A DNA stretch of 64,000 nt from Candidatus Kapaibacterium sp. (GTDB taxonomy: Bacteria > Bacteroidota > Ignavibacteria > Kapaibacteriales > UBA2268), in the NCBI GenBank assembly GCA_963665665.1, contig OY762428.1:3200001-3264000 (forward strand), written 5' to 3'. Positions 46,810 through 57,048 of this stretch are shown piece by piece (position 1 is the stretch's first letter; each line of letters begins with the position of its first letter). The position numbers were made by a program, and so were the translations under genes. The notes beneath the pieces were generated by a model that searched no databases, was not told the DNA's origin, and saw nothing but the letters and a program-made list of their open reading frames with translations.

Positions 46810-47573
46810 TGTATTCTATTCTTGTTGATATAACTAAATGTACGGGCTGTGAAAAATGTGTTTCAGCCTGCGTTAAAACTAATAATCTTGATCCTGCAAG
46901 GGCAGATTATGACAGGGTTGTTTCCAAGGACGGGCTTTCTTCTTCGAAATATTTAAGCATTATTGATATGCAGGATGACAGATACGCACGTAAAAGCTGT
47001 ATGCATTGCCTGGAACCGGGCTGTGTTACTGCCTGCCTGGTTGGCGGCCTTACAAAATCACCCGAGGGGCCTGTAGTTTATGATCCTGACAAATGCATCG
47101 GGTGCAGGTACTGTATGCTGTCCTGCAATTTTCATATTCCGAGATATGAATGGGAAAAAACCAAGCCGCTTATGAGAAAGTGCGAGATGTGCTATTCCAA
47201 AGTAAAGGGCGGCGAAATACCGGCTTGCGTTGCCAATTGCCCGAACGGGGCTCTGGCTTTTGGCGAGCGGGATGGATTACTTAAAAAAGCAAAGAATATT
47301 ATTAATGCTTCCGGCGGACGCTATATTAATAAAGTCTGGGGCGAGCACGAAATGGGTGGAACCTGCGTGCTTTATATTTCTGATGTTGACCTGGAAAAAA
47401 TCGGATGGCCGGCTTCACATGACGAGTCTGTTGCCGAAGTTACCGAGCCACTGATAGAAAAAACTCCTGTAATTGGTTTGTCCGTGGCTACAAGCCTTTT
47501 CGGAATTAGCTGGATAGTTAACAGGAGAAATAAAATTGCATCGGAGAAAAAGAAGGAGAATAAAGATGGATAA
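46809..47573 (+). CDS. HybA/HmcB/FdnH-like 4x[4Fe-4S] protein with C-terminal anchor
   Basis: CTGCEKCVSAC, CMHCLEPGCVTAC, CIGCRYCMLSC, KCEMC..PACVANC; WGEHEMGGT; C-terminal TM. Confidence 0.9.
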   Translation: MYSILVDITKCTGCEKCVSACVKTNNLDPARADYDRVVSKDGLSSSKYLSIIDMQDDRYARKSCMHCLEPGCVTACLVGGLTKSPEGPVVYDPDKCIGCRYCMLSCNFHIPRYEWEKTKPLMRKCEMCYSKVKGGEIPACVANCPNGALAFGERDGLLKKAKNIINASGGRYINKVWGEHEMGGTCVLYISDVDLEKIGWPASHDESVAEVTEPLIEKTPVIGLSVATSLFGISWIVNRRNKIASEKKKENKDG

Positions 47574-49491
47574 AAAAAGATATATCAAGGATTTATTGTG
47601 GTTCCTGGTATTCTGGGGCGCAGTAGCAGCTATCTTTCGTCTTGTTTTCGGGCTTGGAGCCACAACAAACCTTAGCGATGAACTTCCCTGGGGGCTTTGG
47701 AAAATATTGAATATGATTGCGGGTGTTGCATTGTCAACATGCGGTTTTTCAGTTGGGTTTCTTGTTTACGTGCTGAAAATCGAGAGATTCAAACCACTGA
47801 TGAAGCCTGCTATTCTTGTAGCATTCCTGGGTTATGGATCATCCTGTGCGGCATTGCTGTTCGATATCGGGCTTCCTCATCGTTTCTGGCATCCATTTGT
47901 GTTCTGGAATCTTACTTCATTCCTTTTTGAAGTATTCTGGTGCGTGATATTATACTTTACCGTAACGGTGCTTGAACTTTCTCCGAGTATCCTGGAGAAA
48001 TACAAGATAGAAAAATTAGCTCACAAACTGCATAAAGCTTCGCCGGTGATAGTGATTATTGGCATCTCACTGTCATCACTTCATCATTCATCACTCGGGT
48101 CGCTTTTCCTGACAGCCCCGTTAAGGCTTCACGAATTGTGGTACACACCGTGGATTCCGCTGATGTTTATAATATCGGCAATTGGCGGGGGTATGTTCTT
48201 CCTGATAATTGCTAAAATGTTCTATGCCAGGTTCTACGATCCTGAATCTGTTTTCGGAAAGGATTTCTTCAGTGAGGGGCAGAATGTATGCTCGCTTGAC
48301 GGAACTCCGGTTAAAATGAAAACAAAAATTTTCGGCGAAGATATGAATATGCTTGGCGGCCTTGCCGTTATTGCTTCCTGGATTATGGGGATTTACCTCG
48401 TGCTTAAAATCTATGACCTTTTTGCATCGGGTTCAATTAACTCGCTTCTTTCAGGAACCTGGGAGTCATGGTTCTATATTGTTGAATTGGCTCTTACTGC
48501 AATAGTTCCAATAATTCTGGTATCAATCAGAAAGGTCAGGAAATCACCTCGCGGATTGGGACTGGCTGCATTGTCCGGAGCTTTTGGGGTAGTATTCAAC
48601 AGGTTAAATGCCGGTTTATTCGGATTTTTCAGGGATGCTTCTGATGTTTATATCCCGTCTCTTGCAGAAATAGCCCTGAGTGCCGGAGTAGTGGCAGCTG
48701 CAGCTTTGGCATTTCTGTATATTTCTTCCAACTTCACTATTTTCGATGAACATTGGAAAGAAAGAACAGTTGATAAAGGAATTTTCAGGTCTGCATTCGA
48801 TTCAATATCAAGAGTATGGCTGTCGGTGCTTCACAACGGACTTTACAGGGTGAGCCTGATAGGGATTGTTGTTTTGCCGGTGGCATTTGTATTTATGTAC
48901 CCGCCTTATGGCAATGATACTGATGATACTATCAAGCCCGCTGCAGGAGTTGATACCGAGAGAAAAGTATTGCTGATTGACGGTAATAATTCCGGAGTAA
49001 AAGCTGTTTTTGCCCATGCTGATCACCAGGAACGGCTCGGTGGCAAGCAGTCCTGCACTTCCTGCCATCATATTAATATGCCGAATGATAATTCCACTCC
49101 ATGCTATCGTTGTCATACTTCAATGACCGAGAAAACAAAAATATTCGATCATTCCTACCATACTATCGCCGTGGCAGAGGATAAGGGGATAGGCGGCCTT
49201 CATCCGGAAAACAATTCATGCAATATATGCCATTCAAAGAATGAAGCAAAAACTCCTTATAATACAATAAAATGTGAGGAATGCCACGAACAGGATATGA
49301 ACCTTAGTGCCGATATGATGAAAAATCCGAATTTCCTTTACGCTTCGGGATATATGGATGCCATGCACGGTACATGTGTTAAATGTCATGAAAAGAATGA
49401 TAAAATGATGGATCCGATTGCTAAAAGAAAATTAAGCGATTGTTCTACCTGCCACAAAGAGAACGAAAGTACGAAACTATCAGCACGATAA
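47566..49491 (+). CDS. HybB/HmcC (NrfD family) membrane protein fused to a hexaheme cytochrome c3-like domain
   Basis: GLGATTNLSDELPWGLW, DIGLPHRFW, SFLFEVFWC, LHHSSLGSL; six CxxCH; probable start at MDKKRY. Confidence 0.88.
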   Translation: MDKKRYIKDLLWFLVFWGAVAAIFRLVFGLGATTNLSDELPWGLWKILNMIAGVALSTCGFSVGFLVYVLKIERFKPLMKPAILVAFLGYGSSCAALLFDIGLPHRFWHPFVFWNLTSFLFEVFWCVILYFTVTVLELSPSILEKYKIEKLAHKLHKASPVIVIIGISLSSLHHSSLGSLFLTAPLRLHELWYTPWIPLMFIISAIGGGMFFLIIAKMFYARFYDPESVFGKDFFSEGQNVCSLDGTPVKMKTKIFGEDMNMLGGLAVIASWIMGIYLVLKIYDLFASGSINSLLSGTWESWFYIVELALTAIVPIILVSIRKVRKSPRGLGLAALSGAFGVVFNRLNAGLFGFFRDASDVYIPSLAEIALSAGVVAAAALAFLYISSNFTIFDEHWKERTVDKGIFRSAFDSISRVWLSVLHNGLYRVSLIGIVVLPVAFVFMYPPYGNDTDDTIKPAAGVDTERKVLLIDGNNSGVKAVFAHADHQERLGGKQSCTSCHHINMPNDNSTPCYRCHTSMTEKTKIFDHSYHTIAVAEDKGIGGLHPENNSCNICHSKNEAKTPYNTIKCEECHEQDMNLSADMMKNPNFLYASGYMDAMHGTCVKCHEKNDKMMDPIAKRKLSDCSTCHKENESTKLSAR

Positions 49492-49503
49492 ATCGGATCT
49501 CCC

Positions 49504-49546
49504 AAAAAAAAAGGGCTGTTCCCGGAAACAGGGCAGCCCTTTTTTT
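49504..49546. terminator. Bidirectional terminator
   Basis: A-run, GGGCTGTTC...GGGCAGCCC, T-run, between convergent genes. Confidence 0.85.
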
Positions 49547-49562
49547 GATATTTTTACAAAAA

Positions 49563-50657
49563 TTAATAATGTACCTGCATTGTAAATTTAAGAAGGTCGA
49601 TACTTTCTTTATCATCGTTTTCAAAGAATGCAGTATCATAATCCACCAAAATAATATTTCTGTCTCCGAGGTCGTAACCAATGCCTGCAATAATTCTTTT
49701 CTTGATGTTCATATCGATATCTTTATCAGGGTCGAAATCATCATAACGGAAGAAAGCACGCCATTTTTTTGTTGGTCTCAATTCCCCGAAAACTGAGAAG
49801 CCGGAATAATCCGATGCATCTTTATTTGCAATATTAACCAGTTTACCGAGTTTGTCGCCTTTTCCGGTAACAAATTGCCCCGCCAAAGTGAAATACTGAT
49901 GCTCGTAGGAAGCCATGAATGTATTTGTCTGCCAGTCCGGGCTTATTCCTATACTGTCATTGGGATTTCCTTTTCCGCTAATATTTAAAACTGAAAACTG
50001 CAAACCGGGAATTATATAAGGAAGAGGCCTTAATGTCAGCCTGCCCTGCATTACTTTGTTAGTATTCAATTCTGCATCGTGGTAGCCCGGGCCGTTATAA
50101 ATACCAAGGCCGACGGAACCATACAACCCGGCATTTTTCTTGTTAACTTTTTTCTTATATTCGGCGTTCATTTCGCCACCAAGGTCGGTGAAAAATGACA
50201 CACCCATATCAGCGCTGTTGAAAATTTTATTTCTTTCCATGAACATCGTTCCCTGCATCCGGTAGTAGTTTATATGTTCCTCGAAATCCAGCCAGCAGGT
50301 ATGCACAATACCGAACTCAATGTTCGGTTTATGAAAAATTGCAAAGTTCGGCATTATGAAATTTGCGTAAAGATATTTCAGCCTTTCTTCAACGCCGTCG
50401 TCATCATCATATATATCAAGAGTTATCCTGAATTTAAACCAGTCGGCAAATTTCTTTTTCATAGTGAAATATGCCCTGCCAACCCTGAAACGGTCTTTAG
50501 TATCAGGATCGTGATTCAGGTCCTTTTCGTAGTAAAGATATGCAAGGCCATGCAAATTAAAATCTTTAAGCCATTCGGGAAGCTCGCCTTCTTCTTCAGC
50601 TTTTAATGCCGGCAGGCAAAAAAAGAAAATCAGCAACAGGGTAATTACTTTTTTCAT
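49563..50657 (-). CDS. Outer-membrane porin (OprO/P-like)
   Basis: Signal peptide; FRVGRAYF, FRITLD, GRLTLRP, FRYDDFDP; ends in an aromatic residue. Confidence 0.75.
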   Translation of the reverse strand: MKKVITLLLIFFFCLPALKAEEEGELPEWLKDFNLHGLAYLYYEKDLNHDPDTKDRFRVGRAYFTMKKKFADWFKFRITLDIYDDDDGVEERLKYLYANFIMPNFAIFHKPNIEFGIVHTCWLDFEEHINYYRMQGTMFMERNKIFNSADMGVSFFTDLGGEMNAEYKKKVNKKNAGLYGSVGLGIYNGPGYHDAELNTNKVMQGRLTLRPLPYIIPGLQFSVLNISGKGNPNDSIGISPDWQTNTFMASYEHQYFTLAGQFVTGKGDKLGKLVNIANKDASDYSGFSVFGELRPTKKWRAFFRYDDFDPDKDIDMNIKKRIIAGIGYDLGDRNIILVDYDTAFFENDDKESIDLLKFTMQVHY

Positions 50658-50741
50658 GTCATTCCTTAAATTGTAAAAAATATTATAAGTGGTTGATTTC
50701 CAGTTTAATATTTGAAACTTAAAATTTAAAATATTTTTGTA

Positions 50742-51845
50742 TTAGAAAAATTTATCCGGGAACATTGCTTTAATACTATCTTCATCAGCTTTGCAAATTC
50801 CCCGCTCGGTAATCAGCCCGTCAACAAGCCTTGCAGGAGTAACATCAAAGGCATAATTAGCAGCTTTAGTCATTTCCGAAGTTATTCTTACATTGTGAAC
50901 TTTTCCATTGGCCACGCCGTCGACAAATAAAACTTCATCCTGGCTTCTTTGTTCGATCGGGATTTCAGTAATGCCGTCTTGTATTTTGAAATCTATGGAA
51001 CTTGATGGCAATGCTACATAAAATGGAATGCTATTATCTTTGGATGCAAGAGCCTTAAGATAGGTTCCGATTTTATTTGCCACATCACCGGTGGCTGTGG
51101 TGCGGTCGCTGCCAACGATAACAATATCCACCATGCCGTGCTGCATCAGATGACCGCCTGCATTATCAACAATTAGTGTATTGGGCACATTCTCCTGGCT
51201 AAGTTCCCAGGCAGTAAGTTTGGCTCCCTGGTTTCTGGGCCGGGTTTCATCAACCCACACATGCAGGTCGATTCCGTTTTTATGTGCAGTGTAGATAGGT
51301 GCAGTGGCAGTGCCCCAGTCAACTGTGGCAAGCCATCCGGCGTTGCAATGAGTCAGGATATTGACGGTTTTCCCGCCTTTTTTAATTGCAATATCTTCGA
51401 TAAGCCTGGCACCATTAGTTCCAATTTTCCTGCTGAAACCCACATCTTCCTCGCAAATTCTTCGGGCAATATCCTGGCTTATCTGAACAACATCGCTTTT
51501 ACGGTCGAATCCGTTCACAGATCGCAGGATTTCATCTACAGCCCAATTCAGGTTGATTGCTGTTGGCCTTGCCTGCTTCAAAATATTTCCCTGTTCTGTC
51601 ATGTAGTCGGAAATTTTTTTTTCAGGCCCCTGCTTTGCAGCTATGTGCATTGCATAAGCGGCCGTGGCACCAATCAGCGGAGCTCCGCGAACATACATAT
51701 CCCTGATAATTTCAACAGCATGATCAAGGGATTCTATTACAACTGTTTTAAATTCATGGGGAAGAATGCGCTGATCGATAATTGTTATATCGCCTGTTTC
51801 AAAATCTTCCCATATTGTACGGTAGTGTTTATTGTCAATTTTCAT
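50742..51845 (-). CDS. mtnA: Methylthioribose-1-phosphate isomerase
   Basis: VRGAPLIG, ARPTAINL, LTHCNAG, DETRP, NKIGTY, AFDVTP. Confidence 0.95.
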   Translation of the reverse strand: MKIDNKHYRTIWEDFETGDITIIDQRILPHEFKTVVIESLDHAVEIIRDMYVRGAPLIGATAAYAMHIAAKQGPEKKISDYMTEQGNILKQARPTAINLNWAVDEILRSVNGFDRKSDVVQISQDIARRICEEDVGFSRKIGTNGARLIEDIAIKKGGKTVNILTHCNAGWLATVDWGTATAPIYTAHKNGIDLHVWVDETRPRNQGAKLTAWELSQENVPNTLIVDNAGGHLMQHGMVDIVIVGSDRTTATGDVANKIGTYLKALASKDNSIPFYVALPSSSIDFKIQDGITEIPIEQRSQDEVLFVDGVANGKVHNVRITSEMTKAANYAFDVTPARLVDGLITERGICKADEDSIKAMFPDKFF

Positions 51846-52319
51846 CAAACAAAATCAAATATTAAAAAAATAATCACAATAATATTAAGTAAATTTATAT
51901 AAAATTCAATGGAATTTTTTGTTTTTCGTTACGAATTTGTAATGTCATTATATTTTATAATAAAAATATTTGATAATTAAAAATAGTTTATATTTTAGGA
52001 TCAAATACATTTATCAGGCAATATCTTTCTGTGCGTAACAGCAAAATATCAACATTTAAGAACAATTGGTCGGTTAAAGATTTAACTCCTGCACTGAATC
52101 TTTACTAATTGCAATATTTAGCATGGCAAGAATGCAAGAAAATATTAAAATAAGTTAATAATACGTATTGCTAAAACAATTGCTGTTTTTTAAGGCTATA
52201 ATATACAATGCTTTAAGGAGATGTTAAAAAAAAAAAGAGTTTGCTTCATTTTTTTTTGAAATTTCCGTATTTTTGTAAATTCGAAAGTAACTGTAAAAAT
52301 TTGAGTTAAATGACAGATA

Positions 52320-53792
52320 ATGGCAAAACCTTTAAGTATCCTTTTCGTTGCGAGTGAAGTTTATCCCTTCGCGAAAGTTGGCGGTGTGGCAGATGTAGCA
52401 TATTCTCTACCCCTGGCATTGAGGGATTTGGGGCATGATGTAAGAGTTATGTTTCCTAAATACGGTTCAGTTTCCGAAAGAAAAAACAGAATACATGAAA
52501 TAAACAGGCTGAAGGACATTCCCATCCCTTTGGGGGATGAAGAATACCCGGCCACAGTAAAATCATCATCAATGAATAATCCCAGAACGAAAGTTCAGGC
52601 TTATATCACCACAAATGAAAATTTCTTTGATTCAAAGAAAGGAATCTATCGCGATCCTAAAACCTGGGAAGAGTATGAAGACAATGCGGACCGTTTTGCA
52701 TATTTCAACAGGTCTGTAATCGAAACCTGTATGATACTCGGGTGGTATCCTGATGTTATTCATATTAACGACTGGCCGGCGGGACTTATCCCTGCCTATG
52801 TCAAGCTCAAATTCCCAAAGGAATTCAAGAAAACAAAAATTGTTCTTACAATACACAATTTCGGGGAACAGGGCCACGGGAACTTCAAGTTTGAGAAGAC
52901 AGGGCTTCCTGAAGAAGCGAAATCAAATTACAGGTTCAAGAACAAATTCAATTTCCTGAAGGGAGCGATTTACTATTCAGACTATATCACTACGGTTAGC
53001 GAAACTTATGCAGACCAGATGCTGAACGACCGCGATCATGGAAATGGTCTCAGCGTTCGCCTGAAGGAAAAAGCAGATGTTTTCAAAGGTATTCTGAACG
53101 GGATTGATCCATGGAACTGGAATCCTGAAACAGACCCCTACCTTGAAAACAAGCTCAGCGGTGATTTCGAAAACTTCAAGTATAATAATAAAGTTGCAGT
53201 GGTAAATGCCTTCGAACTTGAGTTCAAACCTTTGACCCCGCTGATCAGCTTCATTGCAAGGCTGGACGAACAAAAGGGAATTGACCTGGTTCTTAAAGCA
53301 GCCGATAAGTTATTGAACGAAGACGTCCAGATGGTTGTGCTTGCCAGGGGTGAAGAAAAATATCAGAAAGCACTTAAAAAACTGGTTAAAAAGTATCCCG
53401 AAAAAATTGCAGTTAAATTCGAGCAGGACAACCCGCTGGCTCATCTGATTGAAGCAGGTTCCGATATATTCCTTATGCCTTCGAAATATGAACCCTGCGG
53501 TTTGAACCTGATGTATTCTCACAGATATGGAACCATTCCCGTGGTTCATGAAACAGGCGGAATTAAAGATATTGCTATTGAATACAGTGATGAAAATATT
53601 GAAGGGGACACATTCGTCTTCCGGAATTACGATCCTGAAGAGCTTTTCGCTGCAATCAAAAGAGCAACCGATCTTTTCAGGGATGAAGAAAAATGGGAAA
53701 AAATAATACGTAATTGCAGGAACAGGGATCATACATGGAAGCAATCTGCTCCGAAGTACGTTGAAATTTACAAAGAACTCATGAAAGATTAA
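52320..53792 (+). CDS. glgA: Glycogen synthase
   Basis: SEVYPFAKVGGVADV, HINDW, QKG, PSKYEPCGL. Confidence 0.93.
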   Translation: MAKPLSILFVASEVYPFAKVGGVADVAYSLPLALRDLGHDVRVMFPKYGSVSERKNRIHEINRLKDIPIPLGDEEYPATVKSSSMNNPRTKVQAYITTNENFFDSKKGIYRDPKTWEEYEDNADRFAYFNRSVIETCMILGWYPDVIHINDWPAGLIPAYVKLKFPKEFKKTKIVLTIHNFGEQGHGNFKFEKTGLPEEAKSNYRFKNKFNFLKGAIYYSDYITTVSETYADQMLNDRDHGNGLSVRLKEKADVFKGILNGIDPWNWNPETDPYLENKLSGDFENFKYNNKVAVVNAFELEFKPLTPLISFIARLDEQKGIDLVLKAADKLLNEDVQMVVLARGEEKYQKALKKLVKKYPEKIAVKFEQDNPLAHLIEAGSDIFLMPSKYEPCGLNLMYSHRYGTIPVVHETGGIKDIAIEYSDENIEGDTFVFRNYDPEELFAAIKRATDLFRDEEKWEKIIRNCRNRDHTWKQSAPKYVEIYKELMKD

Positions 53793-53883
53793 CGGTTCAT
53801 TACCGTCTTAATTTATTATACATTTTTTCAGGCGTGCTTTGGCACGCCGAAATTATTAAAGGGACAAAGTACGGCGAAAAATT

Positions 53884-55185
53884 ATGAAAAAAATACGCCC
53901 GGCAAATTTTATCAAAAAGCTCTCGTTTTTTTCTGTTGTTATAATTGTCGGTATCCTTTATTCTGCTTGTAATGAGGAACCTACCGAACTTGGCTATTCG
54001 CTTGTGCAGGATACGCTGATAGTAACACCACTAACATCAGATGAAGTTGAACTGATTACCCGATATGAAAATTATATCTATCGCCTTCCTACACCACCGT
54101 CACGCCCGACTTTCAACTCTATCAGGCTACAGGTTGGGAAATTCGATGATTTCAAATCAATAAGTTTTCTCAGGTTTGGCTATTGGCCGGATTCGCTTGC
54201 TCATTTGAATGAAGATAATATTTTATCCGCGAAATTGAAGATGTTCCCAAAGCAATATGCTTTCGGGGATACCAACTCTCAGGATTTCGGTTTTAAAATC
54301 TACAAACTTCAAAGGCTGTTCAGGCTGGAAACTGACTGGGATACACTTTTCCCCGGCGGTTCTGAAATCTCTCCTTTTATTGACTACAGCAGGGAATTCG
54401 GAAGTTTTTCCGGGCAGGTTAATTATGAATATTATCCGGACAGTATTGAAGTTGATATGTCGAAAGATTATATTATTGAAATGCTGAGAATGAAAGCCGA
54501 TTCCAATCTTCGCGAACAGATGTACGGGATAGCTCTCCTGCCTGATGAAAATATAAATGTTATACGTCAGTTTTGGGGCAATTCCGGATATGATGAAGAT
54601 TCAACAGGATACCTTCCATTGCTGACTTTTATTTACCAGGAAGATGATGCTGAAGAACCGGATACCGTATCGATTACACCGGCAATTGATATTTCCTATA
54701 CTGACGGTGATATTCCAGACGAAAATCTTTTGTTTATCCAGGGGATGATATCACTGAGAAGCGACTTATGGTTTGACGTTAGCGAGATACCTCCTTTCTC
54801 GGGTATTCACAGTGCCATTCTCGACCTGCATTACAGCCCGGAATTTTCAATTTGGGGCAATCTGGGGCCTGATTCGTTAGCAATATTGTCACTTGCAGTT
54901 GATACACTTGAGAACAAAGACATTATTTCAAGAGATTATTACGGCGGTATGGATACTACCATGGAAAATGTATTCCGGTTTCCGCGGCTATCTTCTGTTG
55001 TGGAAATATGGAACAGAAGCGGGGGCATTGGCAGGCTGATTCTTAGAACACAGGACTATTACGAGTTTTACAGAATGAACAGAAGTGCCTTTTATACGCC
55101 AGACGCCGAGGATCCTGCGAAAAGGCCCTCACTTAAAATAGTTTATTCCACCAGGCCTGATTTTAACCGTGAGGGGAGTAAATAA
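53884..55185 (+). CDS. Lipoprotein (DUF4270-like)
   Basis: Lipobox YSAC followed by PTELG; C-terminal RPSLKIVYS; follows glgA. Confidence 0.65.
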   Translation: MKKIRPANFIKKLSFFSVVIIVGILYSACNEEPTELGYSLVQDTLIVTPLTSDEVELITRYENYIYRLPTPPSRPTFNSIRLQVGKFDDFKSISFLRFGYWPDSLAHLNEDNILSAKLKMFPKQYAFGDTNSQDFGFKIYKLQRLFRLETDWDTLFPGGSEISPFIDYSREFGSFSGQVNYEYYPDSIEVDMSKDYIIEMLRMKADSNLREQMYGIALLPDENINVIRQFWGNSGYDEDSTGYLPLLTFIYQEDDAEEPDTVSITPAIDISYTDGDIPDENLLFIQGMISLRSDLWFDVSEIPPFSGIHSAILDLHYSPEFSIWGNLGPDSLAILSLAVDTLENKDIISRDYYGGMDTTMENVFRFPRLSSVVEIWNRSGGIGRLILRTQDYYEFYRMNRSAFYTPDAEDPAKRPSLKIVYSTRPDFNREGSK

Positions 55186-55186
55186 A

Positions 55187-56440
55187 ATGAAAAATATAAA
55201 AAATAATATCAGCATATTATTATTAACCCTTGCCTGCAGCCAGTTTGCTATGGCTCAGGGCGGATCTAATTACTCATTGTTTGGTATCGGAGATATGACA
55301 CCGGCAATCGGAGCTCAATTCAAGGGATTGAACGGCACAAGCATTGCATTCCCCGAGGAACTTGGAATTAATACAGTCAATCCTGCAATGTGGTCAACAG
55401 TTGTTTCAACAAGGCTTCAGATTGGTTATTCATTCAATCAGCATCTGAATACTACAGAAGGTAAGGATCTTTTGCAGAACAACGGGAAATTAAGCGGTAT
55501 TCAGGGAATTTTCTCAATTGATACTTCAATGGGTATTGCTGCAAGCTTTGGGATAATTCCTTTCAGCAATGTGAATTTCAAAGTTGCCAACCCCTTTGTT
55601 ATCAACAATGCAAATATCAGTTTCTCCGGCAGGACTGTCTACAGCGGTATCGGCGGGTTGAACAAAGCTTATATTGGCGGGGCATCCAATATTTACGGAG
55701 GCCTTTCGGTGGGCGCTTCGCTCTTTGCCGTGTTCGGGAAAACCGAATATAACAGCGAAACATATTTTTTCGATGAATATTACTATACTGCAAATAATAA
55801 TACAAAGGAAAAGTATTCGGGCGCGGGTTATAGCTTGGGAATGTATTTTGAAGGCCCTTACAACTTGAATTTTGGTGCATATTACGAAACTTTCAACAGC
55901 GTATCTGTTACCAGCGACCTTACATATACATCCGATCTTGTTGCCGATACTTCCTTCCGGGATGTATTCGATTTTAATTTGCCGGCAGCATACGGATTTG
56001 GCCTTTCTCATAAAACAGGGAAATTTATTCTTGGAGCTGATGTTGCCTTCCGGAATTTCAGTGACCTGGAATACAGAAAATTTGATAATTCTGAATTCGG
56101 AGAGAATACAAGGATAAGTGTTGGCGTTTCCCGCTTAGGAAATAAAAGCGCCGGCGCGGATTTCCTTGATGAGATAACATATCGCGTTGGAGCCGGTTAC
56201 CAAAATATGTATTATAAAGTTAACCAAAGAAACGGTACTGGTAAAACAGCTATCAGCGAATATTCACTGAGTTTTGGTATGTCCATGCCGCTTCCGGGCA
56301 CTGCCTTTATGGATGCAGCGCTTCAGATAGGTTCCAGGGGAACAACGGAAAATGGACTTATCCGTGAATATTTTGCCAGGCTGAGCGTAGATTTAAGTAT
56401 TGGCGAAACATGGTTTAAACCATTTCGCAGGGGATTTTAA
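55187..56440 (+). CDS. Outer-membrane beta-barrel protein (FadL/PorV-like)
   Basis: Signal peptide; SNYSLFGIGD, NPA motif, GETWF C-terminus. Confidence 0.75.
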   Translation: MKNIKNNISILLLTLACSQFAMAQGGSNYSLFGIGDMTPAIGAQFKGLNGTSIAFPEELGINTVNPAMWSTVVSTRLQIGYSFNQHLNTTEGKDLLQNNGKLSGIQGIFSIDTSMGIAASFGIIPFSNVNFKVANPFVINNANISFSGRTVYSGIGGLNKAYIGGASNIYGGLSVGASLFAVFGKTEYNSETYFFDEYYYTANNNTKEKYSGAGYSLGMYFEGPYNLNFGAYYETFNSVSVTSDLTYTSDLVADTSFRDVFDFNLPAAYGFGLSHKTGKFILGADVAFRNFSDLEYRKFDNSEFGENTRISVGVSRLGNKSAGADFLDEITYRVGAGYQNMYYKVNQRNGTGKTAISEYSLSFGMSMPLPGTAFMDAALQIGSRGTTENGLIREYFARLSVDLSIGETWFKPFRRGF

Positions 56441-56465
56441 CTGATCCGTATATTATGGAGAAATA

Positions 56466-57026
56466 ATGATGAAAAGCAGGAAAAATGATTTTTACCCGGA
56501 AGTCAGATCGACTACTGTAATCGGGATATTAAAAGACGGCAAGGCAGCCATGGGCTCTGACGGCCAGGTATCATTCAATAATACCGTTATGAAACATTCG
56601 GCAAGAAAAGTCAGGAAATTATATAACGATTCCATTATGGTGGGATTTGCCGGAGCCACGGCAGATGCATTTACTTTGTTGCAGAGATTTGAAGATAAAC
56701 TTCAGGCTCATGGCGGGAACCTTCACAGAGCTTCGATAGAACTGGCTAAAGACTGGCGTACCGACCGTTACCTTCGCAGGCTTGAAGCTATGCTTACGGT
56801 AATGGATAAAAACCAGGCATTACTTATAAGCGGTACGGGCGATGTGATAGAGCCCGACGATAATATCATTGCTATCGGTTCGGGTGGTTCTTATGCTCTT
56901 TCCGCAGCGAGGGCTTTGCTAAAGCATACTGAAATGACGGCAAAGGAAATAGTTCAGGAATCGCTGAACATTGCAGCCAATATTTGTATTTATACTAACT
57001 CAGACCTGACTATCGAGGAATTATAA
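56466..57026 (+). CDS. hslV: ATP-dependent protease peptidase subunit
   Basis: [34 protein letters not shown]. Confidence 0.97.
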   Translation: MMKSRKNDFYPEVRSTTVIGILKDGKAAMGSDGQVSFNNTVMKHSARKVRKLYNDSIMVGFAGATADAFTLLQRFEDKLQAHGGNLHRASIELAKDWRTDRYLRRLEAMLTVMDKNQALLISGTGDVIEPDDNIIAIGSGGSYALSAARALLKHTEMTAKEIVQESLNIAANICIYTNSDLTIEEL

Positions 57027-57048
57027 GTTAAGAAAGGAATTCTTTACA

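Noticed and set aside
56466-56510. N-terminal extension on HslV
   Set aside because: Short propeptides before the catalytic Thr are normal
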